DNA of 64,000 nt from an uncultured Eubacteriales bacterium (GCA_964403885.1 CAYOHY010000005.1:5949-69948), one strand, 5' to 3'. Counted from the stretch's first letter, positions 18,452 through 28,621 are shown. Notes: generated from the sequence alone by a model not told the origin. Translations and numbers: made by a program.

Positions 18452-20391
18452 CGGACATGGATCAGTACCGCGATGTGTTTCTCGCTGAGAGCGCGGACTA
18501 CCTCCAGCAGATCGTCGACGGACTGCTCGCGCTTGAGGCCGGCGACTCGGATGACGTGCCGATCGAAACCATCTTCAGAGGCGCACACTCCCTGAAGGGC
18601 ATGTCGGCCGCGATGGGCTACGAGCGAACGGCGGATGTCACGCACAAGATGGAAAGCGTGATGGACCGCGTCCGCAAGGGCGAGATGGCTGTCACGCCGC
18701 AGACTGTGAATCTCATGCTCTCGGCGGTCGACCTCGTTCGTGACCTCATTGACGACGAGTCTGCCGGTCAGCACGCGATCGATCCCACAGAGCTCATCGG
18801 CGCACTCGATTCGTGTTGCGCAGAGACCGACGATGCAGAGCATGAAGCGGCGGCGCTGGCCGCCGCAGCACAGCTCATGCCCGGCGAGAGCGCGTTCTCG
18901 GTCAAGGTGGAGCTTGAGGAGACCTGTGTCCTCAAAGCGGTTCGCGCGTACATGGTCATCAAGCGCCTTGCGCACACGGCGCGCGTTCTGGAGACGGTGC
19001 CCTCGGAGCGCGATATCGAAGACGAGCGCTTCGATCGGACCTTCGAGGTCATCGTCGCCACCGCTGCGGATCCGGCGACGCTGCAGTCAGCTGCGGAGCA
19101 CGTGAGCGAGGTCGAGCGCGCGCAGGTCGAACCCGTGGCGTTGACCGCGGTGAGCGCCGGTGTACCTGAGCCCGTGGCCGTTGACGGTACCATCCGGCGT
19201 TCGCGGGAGCTCCCGAGGCTCTCGCAGACGCAGACGGTCCGCGTCGCGATCGGACATCTCGACACGCTGGTCGACTTGGTGGGCGAGCTCGTCATCTTGC
19301 GCTCGCGCCTCGAGGCGATCGCCGCGAGCCGTTTCGACGTCGAGCTCTCTGAGACCATGGATGAGATGCATCGCATCTCGACCGATCTGCAGTACGAGAT
19401 CATGCAGACGCGCATGGTGCCCGTGGGCAACATCTTCAACCGATTCCCGAGAATGGTGCGTGACTTGGCCGTTGACCTGGGGAAGCAGGTCGACTTCCAG
19501 ATGGAGGGGCTTGAGATCGAGCTCGACCGCACCGTACTCGACGAGATCGGCGATCCGCTGGTCCATCTGCTGCGCAACAGCATCGATCACGGCATCGAGT
19601 CCGCGAGCCATCGTATGCAGGCCGGCAAGCCTCCTATCGGCAGCATCCGGCTCTCGGCGATGCGCGAGCGCGACCATGTGGCAATCGTTGTGAGCGACGA
19701 TGGCGCAGGCATCGACCCGGAGAAGGTCTGGACCGCGGCGTGTGAGCGCGGCTTCGCCCGCCCCGAAGAACGCGCCGAGTACACCGAGGGCGACATCCTG
19801 CTGTTCACCTGCGTTCCGGGATTCTCGACCGCACAGACCGCGACGAAGATCTCCGGTCGAGGCGTGGGCATGGATGTGGTGAAGGGCAAGGTCGAGCATC
19901 TTGGCGGCACGATCCAGATCGCTTCGCGGGTGGGGGCCGGAACCGACTTCATCCTGAGGCTGCCTCTCACGCTCGCGATCGTCCAGGCGCTCATCGTCGG
20001 GGCGAAAGGCCAGGCGTTCGCCTTGCCGCTTTCGGCGGTCGAGGAGGTCTATCTCGCCCAGGATGTGAGGATCGAGACGATCGATGGCGTGCCGGTGGTC
20101 ATCATGCGCGACGGCTCGCTTGTGCCGCTCAGCCGGCTCGATAAGCTTCTCCTCGATGCCGACGACGGACCGATTCCCGACCCCCGGTCGAGCATCGTCT
20201 TGGTCCGGTCCGGTGCCGAGACGCGCGCACTCCACGTGGACGCACTCCTCGGCAGGCGCGAGATCGTGGTCAAGCCGCTCTCGGGCCTGTTCCGGGACGC
20301 GAAGGGATACTCCGGCGCGACCATCCTGGGTGACGGTCGCGTGATGTTGATCCTCGATCCGCGCACCATCTTCACCGTTCAGGAGGCGTGA
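18448..20391 (+). CDS. cheA: Chemotaxis histidine kinase (Hpt-P2-dimer-HATPase-CheW)
   Basis: IFRGAHSLKGMS, HLLRNSIDHGIE, SDDGAGID, GFST, SGRGVGMDVV, LPLTLAI. Confidence 0.97.
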   Translation: MTDMDQYRDVFLAESADYLQQIVDGLLALEAGDSDDVPIETIFRGAHSLKGMSAAMGYERTADVTHKMESVMDRVRKGEMAVTPQTVNLMLSAVDLVRDLIDDESAGQHAIDPTELIGALDSCCAETDDAEHEAAALAAAAQLMPGESAFSVKVELEETCVLKAVRAYMVIKRLAHTARVLETVPSERDIEDERFDRTFEVIVATAADPATLQSAAEHVSEVERAQVEPVALTAVSAGVPEPVAVDGTIRRSRELPRLSQTQTVRVAIGHLDTLVDLVGELVILRSRLEAIAASRFDVELSETMDEMHRISTDLQYEIMQTRMVPVGNIFNRFPRMVRDLAVDLGKQVDFQMEGLEIELDRTVLDEIGDPLVHLLRNSIDHGIESASHRMQAGKPPIGSIRLSAMRERDHVAIVVSDDGAGIDPEKVWTAACERGFARPEERAEYTEGDILLFTCVPGFSTAQTATKISGRGVGMDVVKGKVEHLGGTIQIASRVGAGTDFILRLPLTLAIVQALIVGAKGQAFALPLSAVEEVYLAQDVRIETIDGVPVVIMRDGSLVPLSRLDKLLLDADDGPIPDPRSSIVLVRSGAETRALHVDALLGRREIVVKPLSGLFRDAKGYSGATILGDGRVMLILDPRTIFTVQEA

Positions 20392-20393
20392 CG

Positions 20394-21005
20394 ATGAAGC
20401 CAGAGTCCCTTACCCCGCTTCAGCTCGACGCCCTGCGTGAGGTGGGCGGTATCGGCGCGGGCCATGCTGCGACCGCGCTGTCACAGTTGGTCGACCGCCC
20501 GGTGACCCTTGGCGTTCCGCGGATAGAGATACTCCCGATCGCCAGGGTTCCGTACGTCTTCGGGGGCCCCGAAGACCTGGTCTTGGCGGTCTACGCGCGC
20601 ATGCTCGGAGACGTCAGCGGTGGCGTGTTGTTCATGGCGCCCAGAGACGTCGCGCTGTCCCTTTTCGACCTTCTGCATGGCAGAGAGGTGGGGACCACGA
20701 AGTCGGTGGGGCACGAGGAAGAGGGCCTGCTCAGGCACGTCGCCTCGATCCTCATCTCCGCTTACCTCGCAGCCATCGCCCGCATGGCCGATCTCGATGT
20801 GCTGCCCTCGAGTCCTGCATTGGCGTTCGACATGGCGGGTGCCCTGCTGCAATCGGCGATAGCCGAGATCGGCCTAGGTGGCGACGACGCCCTGCTCGTG
20901 AGGACCTCGTTCGTCGATGAGGGCCGTGTGCTCGACGCCGCACTCTTCTTCTTGCCTGACCCCGAAAGCCTCTCGGTGCTTCTCGGCCGTCTTGGGATGG
21001 CCTGA
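20394..21005 (+). CDS. cheC: Chemotaxis phosphatase
   Basis: LDALREVGGIGAGHAATALSQL and a second repeat of the motif. Operon context. Confidence 0.88.
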   Translation: MKPESLTPLQLDALREVGGIGAGHAATALSQLVDRPVTLGVPRIEILPIARVPYVFGGPEDLVLAVYARMLGDVSGGVLFMAPRDVALSLFDLLHGREVGTTKSVGHEEEGLLRHVASILISAYLAAIARMADLDVLPSSPALAFDMAGALLQSAIAEIGLGGDDALLVRTSFVDEGRVLDAALFFLPDPESLSVLLGRLGMA

Positions 21006-21008
21006 CGC

Positions 21009-21515
21009 GTGGGTCACGATCACGTCATCTGGCACGTCGAAGACAAGCTGATCGAAGTGGGCATCGGCGGTCTGGTCGTGAGCGACGCTCCCTATCGGAT
21101 CATGACGCCTGCACTGGGCTCGTGCGTGGCGGTCGCCATCTTCGACACGTTCGCGAAGCGCGGCGGTCTCGCACACATCATGCTGCCCACCGCCACTCCG
21201 GGCACCAAGGCAGAGGTCGGCCGATTCGCCGATCAGGCGGTACCGGAGTTGGTGAACCGCCTGTCTGAGGCCGGGTCGCTCAGGATGAGGCTTCAGGCCA
21301 AGATCGCGGGTGGTGCCGCGATGTTTCACGGTGAGAGCGCGATCGCGAGCATCGGCGAGCGCAACATCACCGAGGTGAAGCGTCAACTCGCGCTCATGTC
21401 GGTGCCCCTCGTGGCCGAAGATACAGGAGAGGCGCACGCGCGCACGGTCGAGCTGTCCCTGGACACGGGGGCGTTGCAGGTGCGGAGCTACCAGTTTGGT
21501 GTCAGGCGCCTCTAG
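21009..21515 (+). CDS. cheD: Chemoreceptor glutamine deamidase
   Basis: LGSCVAVAIFD...GGLAHIMLP, AKIAGGA.MF, IGERN, EDTG. Confidence 0.94.
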   Translation: MGHDHVIWHVEDKLIEVGIGGLVVSDAPYRIMTPALGSCVAVAIFDTFAKRGGLAHIMLPTATPGTKAEVGRFADQAVPELVNRLSEAGSLRMRLQAKIAGGAAMFHGESAIASIGERNITEVKRQLALMSVPLVAEDTGEAHARTVELSLDTGALQVRSYQFGVRRL

Positions 21516-21533
21516 GAAGGAACACTGCCGCAC

Positions 21534-23030
21534 ATGGCCCTGACGGATCCCATAGAGTCGTTCGTCGCCCAGACCGACCGGCGGCCGCGCGAGATCACCA
21601 TCGCGATCGTGGGTGGCGGTACGCGTGCGGCGTCGTTGCTCCGGCTGGTGAGCGACCTCGAAAGCGTGCGCGTTGCCGCCGTGTGCTCGGCGACGGTAGG
21701 CTCCCCGGCCATGCGGCTCGCCAACGATCTGGGCATCTTCGCGACCAATCACCTCGTAGAGGTCTTCCAGGTCCCTCAGCTCGATCTGGTCGTCGACATC
21801 TCCGACGACCCCCGCGTCTACGCCGAGATCGAAGCCACGCGCCCCGGGCACGTGAGCCTCATCGGGTCCACAGGCTCTGAGTTGCTATGGGACCTGCTGG
21901 TCGCCCGCAAGCGGGGCGAGGAGCAAGAGAAGCTCTTCGTCGAGCTGCAGGTGGCCTACGACAAGATCCGTAGCCATGAGCGCCACATGCAGTCGAGCAA
22001 AGAGGCGCTCGAGGCCGCGAACGAGGAGCTCGAGAGCCGGCTGGCCGAGATCTTCTTCACTCACGAGTTCTTCAAGGCGCTGACCCAGTTCACTCAGGTC
22101 GACGACGTGTGTTCGCTGATCGTGGATGGCTGCAACGGCATCCTCGGCGCTGAGATCAGTTGCGTGTATCTGTTCAATCGTGATGACTGGACCCTTCACC
22201 TGAGGGCGTCCCAGGGCCGCCCGCACCACGCGTTCGTCGAGGTGATTCCGGTCTCGGAGACGGTGCTCGGCTATGCGTTTCGCGAGGGCTCGGTACACGA
22301 ACCTCATGTCGACGCAGGCACCGGCTCCTCGGCGTGGGTGGTTGACACGGCTGATGTCGCGAGCCAGGCGGCTGTTCCGCTGCGCGCCGGCGAGAACGTG
22401 TTCGGTGTCATGGTCATGGCGTCCGCCATGCACCGCGAGCTGTCGCCGGTCGAGCTTGAGCGCCTGCAGGTCCTGGGCAACCAGGCTTCGCTCTCGCTTC
22501 AGAACGCGCTGCTCCACAGCGAGCTTGAGCGCCTCTCCGTCACCGATCGGCTGACCGACCTCTACAACCACGGCTACTTCCAGCAGCGCCTCGAAGAGGA
22601 GCTGAAGCGGTCCGACAGGTTCGGGCACGCGCTGTCGCTCATCATGCTCGATATCGATGACTTCAAGGAGTTCAACGATACCTACGGGCATCCGCGTGGC
22701 GATGCGGTCCTCAAGGCCGTCGCATCCGTCATCAGCAGCAACCTGCGCGACATGGACATCGCCGCACGCTACGGCGGTGAGGAGTTCGTGCTCGTGCTCC
22801 CGGAGACCGACTGTGCCGGGGCGACGGCGGTCGCAGAGCGAATCAGGCTCGGGATCGAGGAGATCTCGATCGACGTGCGTGGTACCTCGTGCGGGCGCAC
22901 CGTCTCCATCGGCGTGGCGAGCTTCCCGAGTCATGCAGATGGCCCTCAGCGCCTTCTCGAGGTCGCCGACCAGGCGATGTACAGAGCCAAGCGAGCGGGA
23001 AAGAACCGGGTGGAGACCGCCTGCGGATAG
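21534..23030 (+). CDS. Diguanylate cyclase (Rossmann-like N-terminus, coiled coil, GAF, GGEEF)
   Basis: TDRLTDLYNH, DIDDFKEFNDTYGH..GD, RxxD I-site RDMD, RYGGEEF. Confidence 0.93.
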   Translation: MALTDPIESFVAQTDRRPREITIAIVGGGTRAASLLRLVSDLESVRVAAVCSATVGSPAMRLANDLGIFATNHLVEVFQVPQLDLVVDISDDPRVYAEIEATRPGHVSLIGSTGSELLWDLLVARKRGEEQEKLFVELQVAYDKIRSHERHMQSSKEALEAANEELESRLAEIFFTHEFFKALTQFTQVDDVCSLIVDGCNGILGAEISCVYLFNRDDWTLHLRASQGRPHHAFVEVIPVSETVLGYAFREGSVHEPHVDAGTGSSAWVVDTADVASQAAVPLRAGENVFGVMVMASAMHRELSPVELERLQVLGNQASLSLQNALLHSELERLSVTDRLTDLYNHGYFQQRLEEELKRSDRFGHALSLIMLDIDDFKEFNDTYGHPRGDAVLKAVASVISSNLRDMDIAARYGGEEFVLVLPETDCAGATAVAERIRLGIEEISIDVRGTSCGRTVSIGVASFPSHADGPQRLLEVADQAMYRAKRAGKNRVETACG

Positions 23031-23047
23031 ACGAGGGGTGATGGTCG

Positions 23048-23398
23048 GTGGGACTGCGCAGCGCGCTTGCCGCGCTCCCGGACGACCGTGACACTCGCGA
23101 AGCGGTGCGCTCGACGCTGTTGTTCCTCGTAGGCCATCAGGGCGAAGCGGTCGATGAAGCGAGGATCGCGCGGGCGACCTCGCTCGACCCCGACCGTCTC
23201 AGGCCCGTTCTTGAGGCTCTGGATCACGCCTTCGTGATAGACTGCGGCGTTGGCTCGGACCCGGATTCGTGTACGTATGCACCCGATCCGGTGCTCGCGC
23301 TCGAGGTGCGCCGCTTCCTTCAGGCTGCGGGCGTCCCTCAGCAGCGACTCCAGCGGGGGGTCGACCGTTTCCGCGGGCGGTTTGGTTCGAGCGCGTAG
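23048..23398 (+). CDS. Hypothetical protein, possible winged-helix fold
   Basis: Fills the gap between two + strand genes. No recognised motif. Confidence 0.55.
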   Translation: MGLRSALAALPDDRDTREAVRSTLLFLVGHQGEAVDEARIARATSLDPDRLRPVLEALDHAFVIDCGVGSDPDSCTYAPDPVLALEVRRFLQAAGVPQQRLQRGVDRFRGRFGSSA

Positions 23399-23418
23399 TG
23401 CCTGGGAGGACTCAATCG

Positions 23419-24312
23419 ATGAAGCCGGTGCGTCTCGGCGACCGCGGCATGGCCGTGGAGGACATACAGCGTCGCTTGCGCGCGCTCGGATACGACCTGG
23501 GGCCCACCGGCATCGATGGCGTCTTCTTTGGCCGCACTGCCGAGGCCGTCACGGCGTTTCAAGCGGAGCGGGGACTTGCCGATGACGGTCTCGTGGGCGA
23601 CGAGACGTGGGCGGCGCTGGTCGATGCCACCTTCACGCTCGGTGACAGGATGCTCTACCTGCGCATGCCGCACTTCCACGGGCGCGATGTCGCCGTGTTG
23701 CAGGAGGCGCTCAACGCATTGGGCTTTGCGTGTGGCGAGCCCGATGGGATCTTTGGCGGATTCAGCGAGCGGGCGGTGAGGGAGTTCCAGCGCAACTCGG
23801 GCCTCACTCCTGACGGGATCGCCGGTGACGACACCATCCGCGCCATCATGGCGCTCAAGCACGTCTGGCAAGGCAAGGACCCGTACGCCCACTCTGCGGC
23901 GCGCGCGACCACCGCTCGCGCATGCGAGGGACTCTCGAAGGCCCGGATCGTCGTAGGCGGCCTCGACGAGGCGGGCGCAGAGGTGGCGAAGCGTCTTGCG
24001 AACCTGGCCGTGGCCACCACGCCGGACGCCGACGTGGTCGTCGTGGACCACGGTGCGGAGGTTCCCACGGCAGCCTCGCTGGTGCTGTGGATATGCGGCG
24101 ACGGCACAGCATCTGCTGTCGTAGGTCGTCCCGTTGTACGCGCGGATCGCCCTGAGACGCTCTCCGCGAGACTGCTCGCTGCCGTCACCGTTGCACGTTC
24201 GGGGTGTCCCGAGGTGGTCGTGGAGCTGGCGCTCGATGATGCGGGAGATGAGCATGAGCAGCAGCGCGCTGCGGTGCATCTGCTCGATGCGGTGTGTGGT
24301 GTCTTCGCCTAG
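23419..24312 (+). CDS. Peptidoglycan-binding protein (two PGBD repeats, CwlM N-terminus-like)
   Basis: LGDRG.AV..IQ..L...GY...IDG.FG..T..AV..FQ..RGL..DG.VG..TW, plus a second copy. RBS ggagga. Confidence 0.85.
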   Translation: MKPVRLGDRGMAVEDIQRRLRALGYDLGPTGIDGVFFGRTAEAVTAFQAERGLADDGLVGDETWAALVDATFTLGDRMLYLRMPHFHGRDVAVLQEALNALGFACGEPDGIFGGFSERAVREFQRNSGLTPDGIAGDDTIRAIMALKHVWQGKDPYAHSAARATTARACEGLSKARIVVGGLDEAGAEVAKRLANLAVATTPDADVVVVDHGAEVPTAASLVLWICGDGTASAVVGRPVVRADRPETLSARLLAAVTVARSGCPEVVVELALDDAGDEHEQQRAAVHLLDAVCGVFA

Positions 24313-24347
24313 CGGCGGGGCCTCGTGTTAGAATTCGACGGTGGAAT

Positions 24348-25403
24348 ATGCCGCCGGACAGCCAGGGAGGCAACGAACTGACTACCCGACGTAATGTCGT
24401 ATGCGCGCTTCTCTTGAGCGCAGCGCTCCTCATAAACGCCACTCCCGCAGTGGCGGTGCCGTCCAGCAAGCTGGACCAGGCCCGGGCTGTGAAGTCCCAG
24501 GTCGACGCCCTCGATGCGCGTGTCGAGAGGGCTTCTGAGCGCTACAACGAAGCCGCAGACAAGCACGCAAAGCTGCTCGTGCAGAAGCGCGCTGCGGAGA
24601 AGAAGCTCAAGAAGGTGCGCGCCCGCATGGACGTGGTGCAGAAGCATCTCAACGTCCGCGCCCGCAGCATGTATCGTTCAGGCCCGATGGGCTTCGTCGA
24701 CGTGCTTCTCGGTGCGCAGTCGTTCGATGAGTTCGCCGCCACGTGGGACGTGCTGCGCGACTTGAACGAGAGCGACGCCGCCTCGGTGGCCGAGCTCAAG
24801 TCGCTGCGCGCCGAGGCCAAAGCGGCCCACAAGACGCTTGCGGCCAAGGAGAAGGCGGCATCGCACCAGGTCGCGATCATGCGCACCAACCGCAACGCCA
24901 TCCTCGACAAGCTCGCCGAGCGCAAGCGCAAGCTCGCCGGACTCGAGTCTGAGATCGCCGCTCTCGAGCGCGCCGAGGAGGCCGCACAGGCCGCACGCGC
25001 GGTCTCGTTCGTGAAGCATCGCTCTCGCGGCGACCGCAACTTCCCGCCGCCTCGCCATGCTGCACGCAGTGAGGTCGTGGCCATCGCCAAGCAGTACCTT
25101 GGCGCGCCGTACGTGTGGGGTGCGGACGGCCCCAACTCGTTTGACTGCTCCGGCCTGACCATGTTCGTGTACCGCCAGGTGGGCGTGAGTCTGCCGCACA
25201 GCTCGCGGGCACAGATCAACTGCGGTGAGCGCGTGAGCCGCTCGGACCTTCAGCCCGGCGACCTCGTGTTCTTCGGGTCGCCCATCCACCACGTGGGCAT
25301 CTACGTGGGTGGCGGGATGTACATCCACGCACCGCACACGGGCGACGTGGTCAAGATATCGCCGCTCAACCGCAACGACTATGCGGGTGCCTGCCGCCCG
25401 TAG
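24348..25403 (+). CDS. Secreted NlpC/P60 peptidoglycan endopeptidase with coiled-coil N-terminus
   Basis: YLGAPYVWGADGPNSFDCSGL, DLQPGDLVFF, HHVGIYVGGG. Start position uncertain. Confidence 0.92.
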   Translation: MPPDSQGGNELTTRRNVVCALLLSAALLINATPAVAVPSSKLDQARAVKSQVDALDARVERASERYNEAADKHAKLLVQKRAAEKKLKKVRARMDVVQKHLNVRARSMYRSGPMGFVDVLLGAQSFDEFAATWDVLRDLNESDAASVAELKSLRAEAKAAHKTLAAKEKAASHQVAIMRTNRNAILDKLAERKRKLAGLESEIAALERAEEAAQAARAVSFVKHRSRGDRNFPPPRHAARSEVVAIAKQYLGAPYVWGADGPNSFDCSGLTMFVYRQVGVSLPHSSRAQINCGERVSRSDLQPGDLVFFGSPIHHVGIYVGGGMYIHAPHTGDVVKISPLNRNDYAGACRP

Positions 25404-25422
25404 CCGCTGAATAGCTCCAGTC

Positions 25423-25468
25423 CGCGCCCCCGCACTCCGATAGCGAGTGTGGGGGCGCGCTGCTTTGG
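25423..25468 (+). terminator. Probable intrinsic terminator
   Basis: cgcgcccccgcactc / gagtgtgggggcgcg stem followed by ctgcttt. Confidence 0.6.
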
Positions 25469-25529
25469 GGCGCCCGCGTGCGCTAGACTGAGCGCACGAC
25501 CATGCATCACACACGGGAGATGACTCGCG

Positions 25530-26633
25530 ATGGCGGAGATCGACGGCCTGCTTCGGATCATGACTGAGCGTGGGAGCTCTGACCTTCACGTGAAGGCGGG
25601 GAGTCCTCCGGCGGTTCGGTTGAACGGCCGACTGCTCGTTCTCAATGACCTGCCGGTCCTCACCGCCGAGCAGACGCAGATCCTTGCCCTCGGCATGATG
25701 GACGAGCGACAGAAGTCGTCGTTCGAGAATCACTGCGAGACGGACTTCGCGTACTCGCTGCCCGGTGTGGGGCGGTTCCGCGTCAACGTCTTCCATCAGC
25801 GCGGCAGCCTAGGAATGACACTGCGCCGAGTGGCCACCGAGCGCGCAAGCCTCGAGGAGCTGGGTCTTCCCCCGGTCATCCGTCGGCTTGCCGACGAGTC
25901 GCGCGGACTGATTCTCGTGACCGGCACGGCAGGGTCGGGCAAGACCACGACGCTCGCCGGCATGATCGATCACATCAACCACACCCGCGAGGGTCACATC
26001 GTGACCATCGAGGATCCCATCGAAGTCCTTCACAAGGACGACAAGTGCATCGTCAACCAGCGCGAGATCGGTCTCGACACCGAGAGCTATGCTGACGCGC
26101 TGCGCCACGTGGTGCGGCAAGACCCCGACGTCATCCTCATCGGAGAGATGCGAGATCACGAGACCGTTGCCGCCGCGCTCACGGCTGCCGAGATCGGCAA
26201 CCTCGTGCTGTCGACACTGCACACGATCGACGCGACCGAGACGATCAACCGAGTCATCGACTTCTTCCCGCCGTATCAGCAGAAGCAGATCAGGCTCATG
26301 CTCTCTGCCACGCTGAGGGGCATCGTGTCCCTGAGGCTGATCCCTTCCATCCAGGGCGGTCTCGTTCCGGCCGTCGAGGTGCTCGTCGTCACGGCGACGG
26401 TCAGGGAGTACATCAACGACCCGGACAAGACCTATCTGATCCGAGACGCGATGGAGGACGGCGAGTACTACGGCATGCAGACGTTCGACCAGTCACTCCT
26501 GCGTCTCTACCAGGAGCGGCGCATCACCTTGGACGACGCGATCGCGATGGCCAACAACGCCCATGACTTCAAGATCAAGGTCCGTCAGCTGGGCATCGAT
26601 CCGCACTCTGCAGCTCAGACCGGCGTCTACTAG
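25530..26633 (+). CDS. PilT/PilU-family type IV pilus ATPase
   Basis: GSSDLH, GRFRVNVF.QRG, Walker A GTAGSGKTT, TIEDPIE, PDVILIGEMRD, STLHT, GMQTFDQ. Confidence 0.93.
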   Translation: MAEIDGLLRIMTERGSSDLHVKAGSPPAVRLNGRLLVLNDLPVLTAEQTQILALGMMDERQKSSFENHCETDFAYSLPGVGRFRVNVFHQRGSLGMTLRRVATERASLEELGLPPVIRRLADESRGLILVTGTAGSGKTTTLAGMIDHINHTREGHIVTIEDPIEVLHKDDKCIVNQREIGLDTESYADALRHVVRQDPDVILIGEMRDHETVAAALTAAEIGNLVLSTLHTIDATETINRVIDFFPPYQQKQIRLMLSATLRGIVSLRLIPSIQGGLVPAVEVLVVTATVREYINDPDKTYLIRDAMEDGEYYGMQTFDQSLLRLYQERRITLDDAIAMANNAHDFKIKVRQLGIDPHSAAQTGVY

Positions 26634-27031
26634 GCCCGCTTCGATCCAAAGAGGCGTCTCCCCAGGTAGAGCACTGTGACCGCGGTCGCCGCGCCGGCTG
26701 TGTCGGTGAGCCAGTCGATCGGGTCCGGAGTGCGCAGCGGCACGAACGACTGGTGGAACTCGTCGGTGATCGCGTAGCCCGATGCCACAGCGAGCGCCAA
26801 CCACGCTGAGCGCGCGGGGGAGTTGTCGACCCTCAGTGCGCCGTAGAGCAATGAGGCGAGGATCGCGTACTCGGTGAAGTGCGCCACCTCGCCGTACTTG
26901 CCGGGGATGCGCGATCCGGGCACGGAAGACACGGCGAAGATCGCGGCCGCCCAGGCGGCGCACGCCGCCCAGAGAAGCAGCCGCCTTACGGTGCGGTGTC
27001 GATGTGTGGTGGGTGTGCTGTCATCTGCCAT
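26630..27031 (-). CDS. VanZ-family membrane protein
   Basis: AHFTEYAILA, YAITDEFHQSFVPLR..DPIDWLTD. Confidence 0.88.
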   Translation of the reverse strand: MADDSTPTTHRHRTVRRLLLWAACAAWAAAIFAVSSVPGSRIPGKYGEVAHFTEYAILASLLYGALRVDNSPARSAWLALAVASGYAITDEFHQSFVPLRTPDPIDWLTDTAGAATAVTVLYLGRRLFGSKRA

Positions 27032-27104
27032 CGCGCGAGTCTATCATCATCGACTACGGCGCGAGGCGAGTTCGGCTCGGGCGACGCTTCTCGATGGAGG
27101 TCAC

Positions 27105-28013
27105 ATGCAGCGCAGGTGGTCATTGGTCGCGGTTGTTCTCTCGGCAGCGTGCTTCGGGACGCTGGCGATCCTGACGCCGCTCGCCTACGAGGCGAACGCC
27201 AAGCCTCTCCCGCTGCTCGCGTGGCGATTCGTCATAGCGGCCCTGCTCCTCGGGGTGCTTGCGTCCTGGCGAGACCGCCGGGCGCTCTTCGTTCCGGCGG
27301 CGGATGTCGGACGCTACGCACTGTTGGCGCTCACGGGCTACGGCGCCGCATCGGTCTGCTTCTTCTACGCGCTCAAGTTCGCAGCGGCGTCCGTCGTGGC
27401 GGTGCTGCTCTATGCCTATCCGGCTCTGGTTGCGATCGCCGGGTGGGTGTTTCTCAAGCAGAAGGCCACCTGGCAGCAGGCGGTGGCCGTCGTCGTCACC
27501 TTCGTCGGCTGCGCTCTGGTGGTGGGACTGGGGACCGCAGGCGCGGTGGCGTCGTGGCAGGGTATCGCGTTGGGTCTTGGGGCGGCGGTGGGCTATACCC
27601 TGTTCAATCTGCTCTCGGCCCGCTGGCTCCCTGGCAGGTCCCGACTGACGATGATGGCGTACACGTTCGGTATCGCCGCATTGCTGCCGGCGGTAGGCGC
27701 GCTGGCCTCGGGCGGCCAGGGGGCGCTGTCTCCGGCGTCGTGGCATCCTGAGGCGTGGGTCTATCTCATCGCGATCGTGCTGGTGCCCACCTTCGCGGCG
27801 ATCGTGCTCTACCTTGAGGGAATCCGAGGCCTCGGCCCCGCGCAGGCGGCAGTCATCTCGACCCTCGAGCCGCTGTTCACCATCGCGTTGGCCGCAGTGG
27901 TGCTGGATGAGCGACTCGCGCCGCTCCAGTGGCTTGGCGCGGCTCTCGTGCTGGGGGGCGTTGTCACTGCCGAGGTGGGCGCTCGCGCTGTGGATCAGCC
28001 GGCTCCGTCCTAG
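27105..28013 (+). CDS. DMT/EamA-family transporter
   Basis: About 10 TM helices, LAWRF, duplicated halves, STLEPLFT. RBS ggagg. Confidence 0.9.
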   Translation: MQRRWSLVAVVLSAACFGTLAILTPLAYEANAKPLPLLAWRFVIAALLLGVLASWRDRRALFVPAADVGRYALLALTGYGAASVCFFYALKFAAASVVAVLLYAYPALVAIAGWVFLKQKATWQQAVAVVVTFVGCALVVGLGTAGAVASWQGIALGLGAAVGYTLFNLLSARWLPGRSRLTMMAYTFGIAALLPAVGALASGGQGALSPASWHPEAWVYLIAIVLVPTFAAIVLYLEGIRGLGPAQAAVISTLEPLFTIALAAVVLDERLAPLQWLGAALVLGGVVTAEVGARAVDQPAPS

Positions 28014-28621
28014 CCTCGTGCGGCGATCCAGCCCACCCATGCGTTGATCGCAAGCCAGCCCAGGACGGCCACCGCTGCCTGAGCGCCCCACGTGATGAGC
28101 ACCGCGCGGCGTGCTGAGACGCGGGCCTCCCCAAGCCGGAGCAGCGCCCACAGGGTGAGGGCCGCTGAGGCGGCCCATGCGACGACCGCAAGCAACGGAT
28201 CGAGCGCGACCACCCATGCGCACGTCCCAAGTGCCCACGCGCCGCGAACAGCGGAGGGGTCGCGGCGAAGGGTGCGCACGGTGAGCCCGAGAATGGCGAG
28301 CCTGGCCAGCGCCCAGATGACCTGCGACATCGCCGCGATCGCGGCAGCGCCACGTTCAGCTCCCGGCGAGGCCACTGCGATTCTCAGCAAAGCGCCCAGC
28401 GACAGCATCAAGACGCAGACGATGACCGCCGAGGGTCGCAGGAGCGCCTCGATGCGTCCCGAGCGGGCCACGCGCAACTCGTCCGCCACGCTCTGCGCGA
28501 GCGCGGTCCCTGCCTGTGTCGTCCCAACCGCTGTGCGGTTCACCAAGCGGTGCCACCAGCGGAAAAGCGACTGAGGCAGGGATCGGGAGCCCGTCTCGGC
28601 ACTGGGTTTGCGTGATACCAT
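28010..28621 (-). CDS. Hypothetical multi-pass membrane protein
   Basis: Several hydrophobic helices. Fills the gap between two + strand genes. Start uncertain. Confidence 0.55.
   Translation of the reverse strand: MVSRKPSAETGSRSLPQSLFRWWHRLVNRTAVGTTQAGTALAQSVADELRVARSGRIEALLRPSAVIVCVLMLSLGALLRIAVASPGAERGAAAIAAMSQVIWALARLAILGLTVRTLRRDPSAVRGAWALGTCAWVVALDPLLAVVAWAASAALTLWALLRLGEARVSARRAVLITWGAQAAVAVLGWLAINAWVGWIAARG

Noticed and set aside
24312-24350. c-di-AMP (ydaO) riboswitch ahead of the NlpC/P60 gene
   Set aside because: The intergenic space is too short and no ydaO consensus is recognisable.
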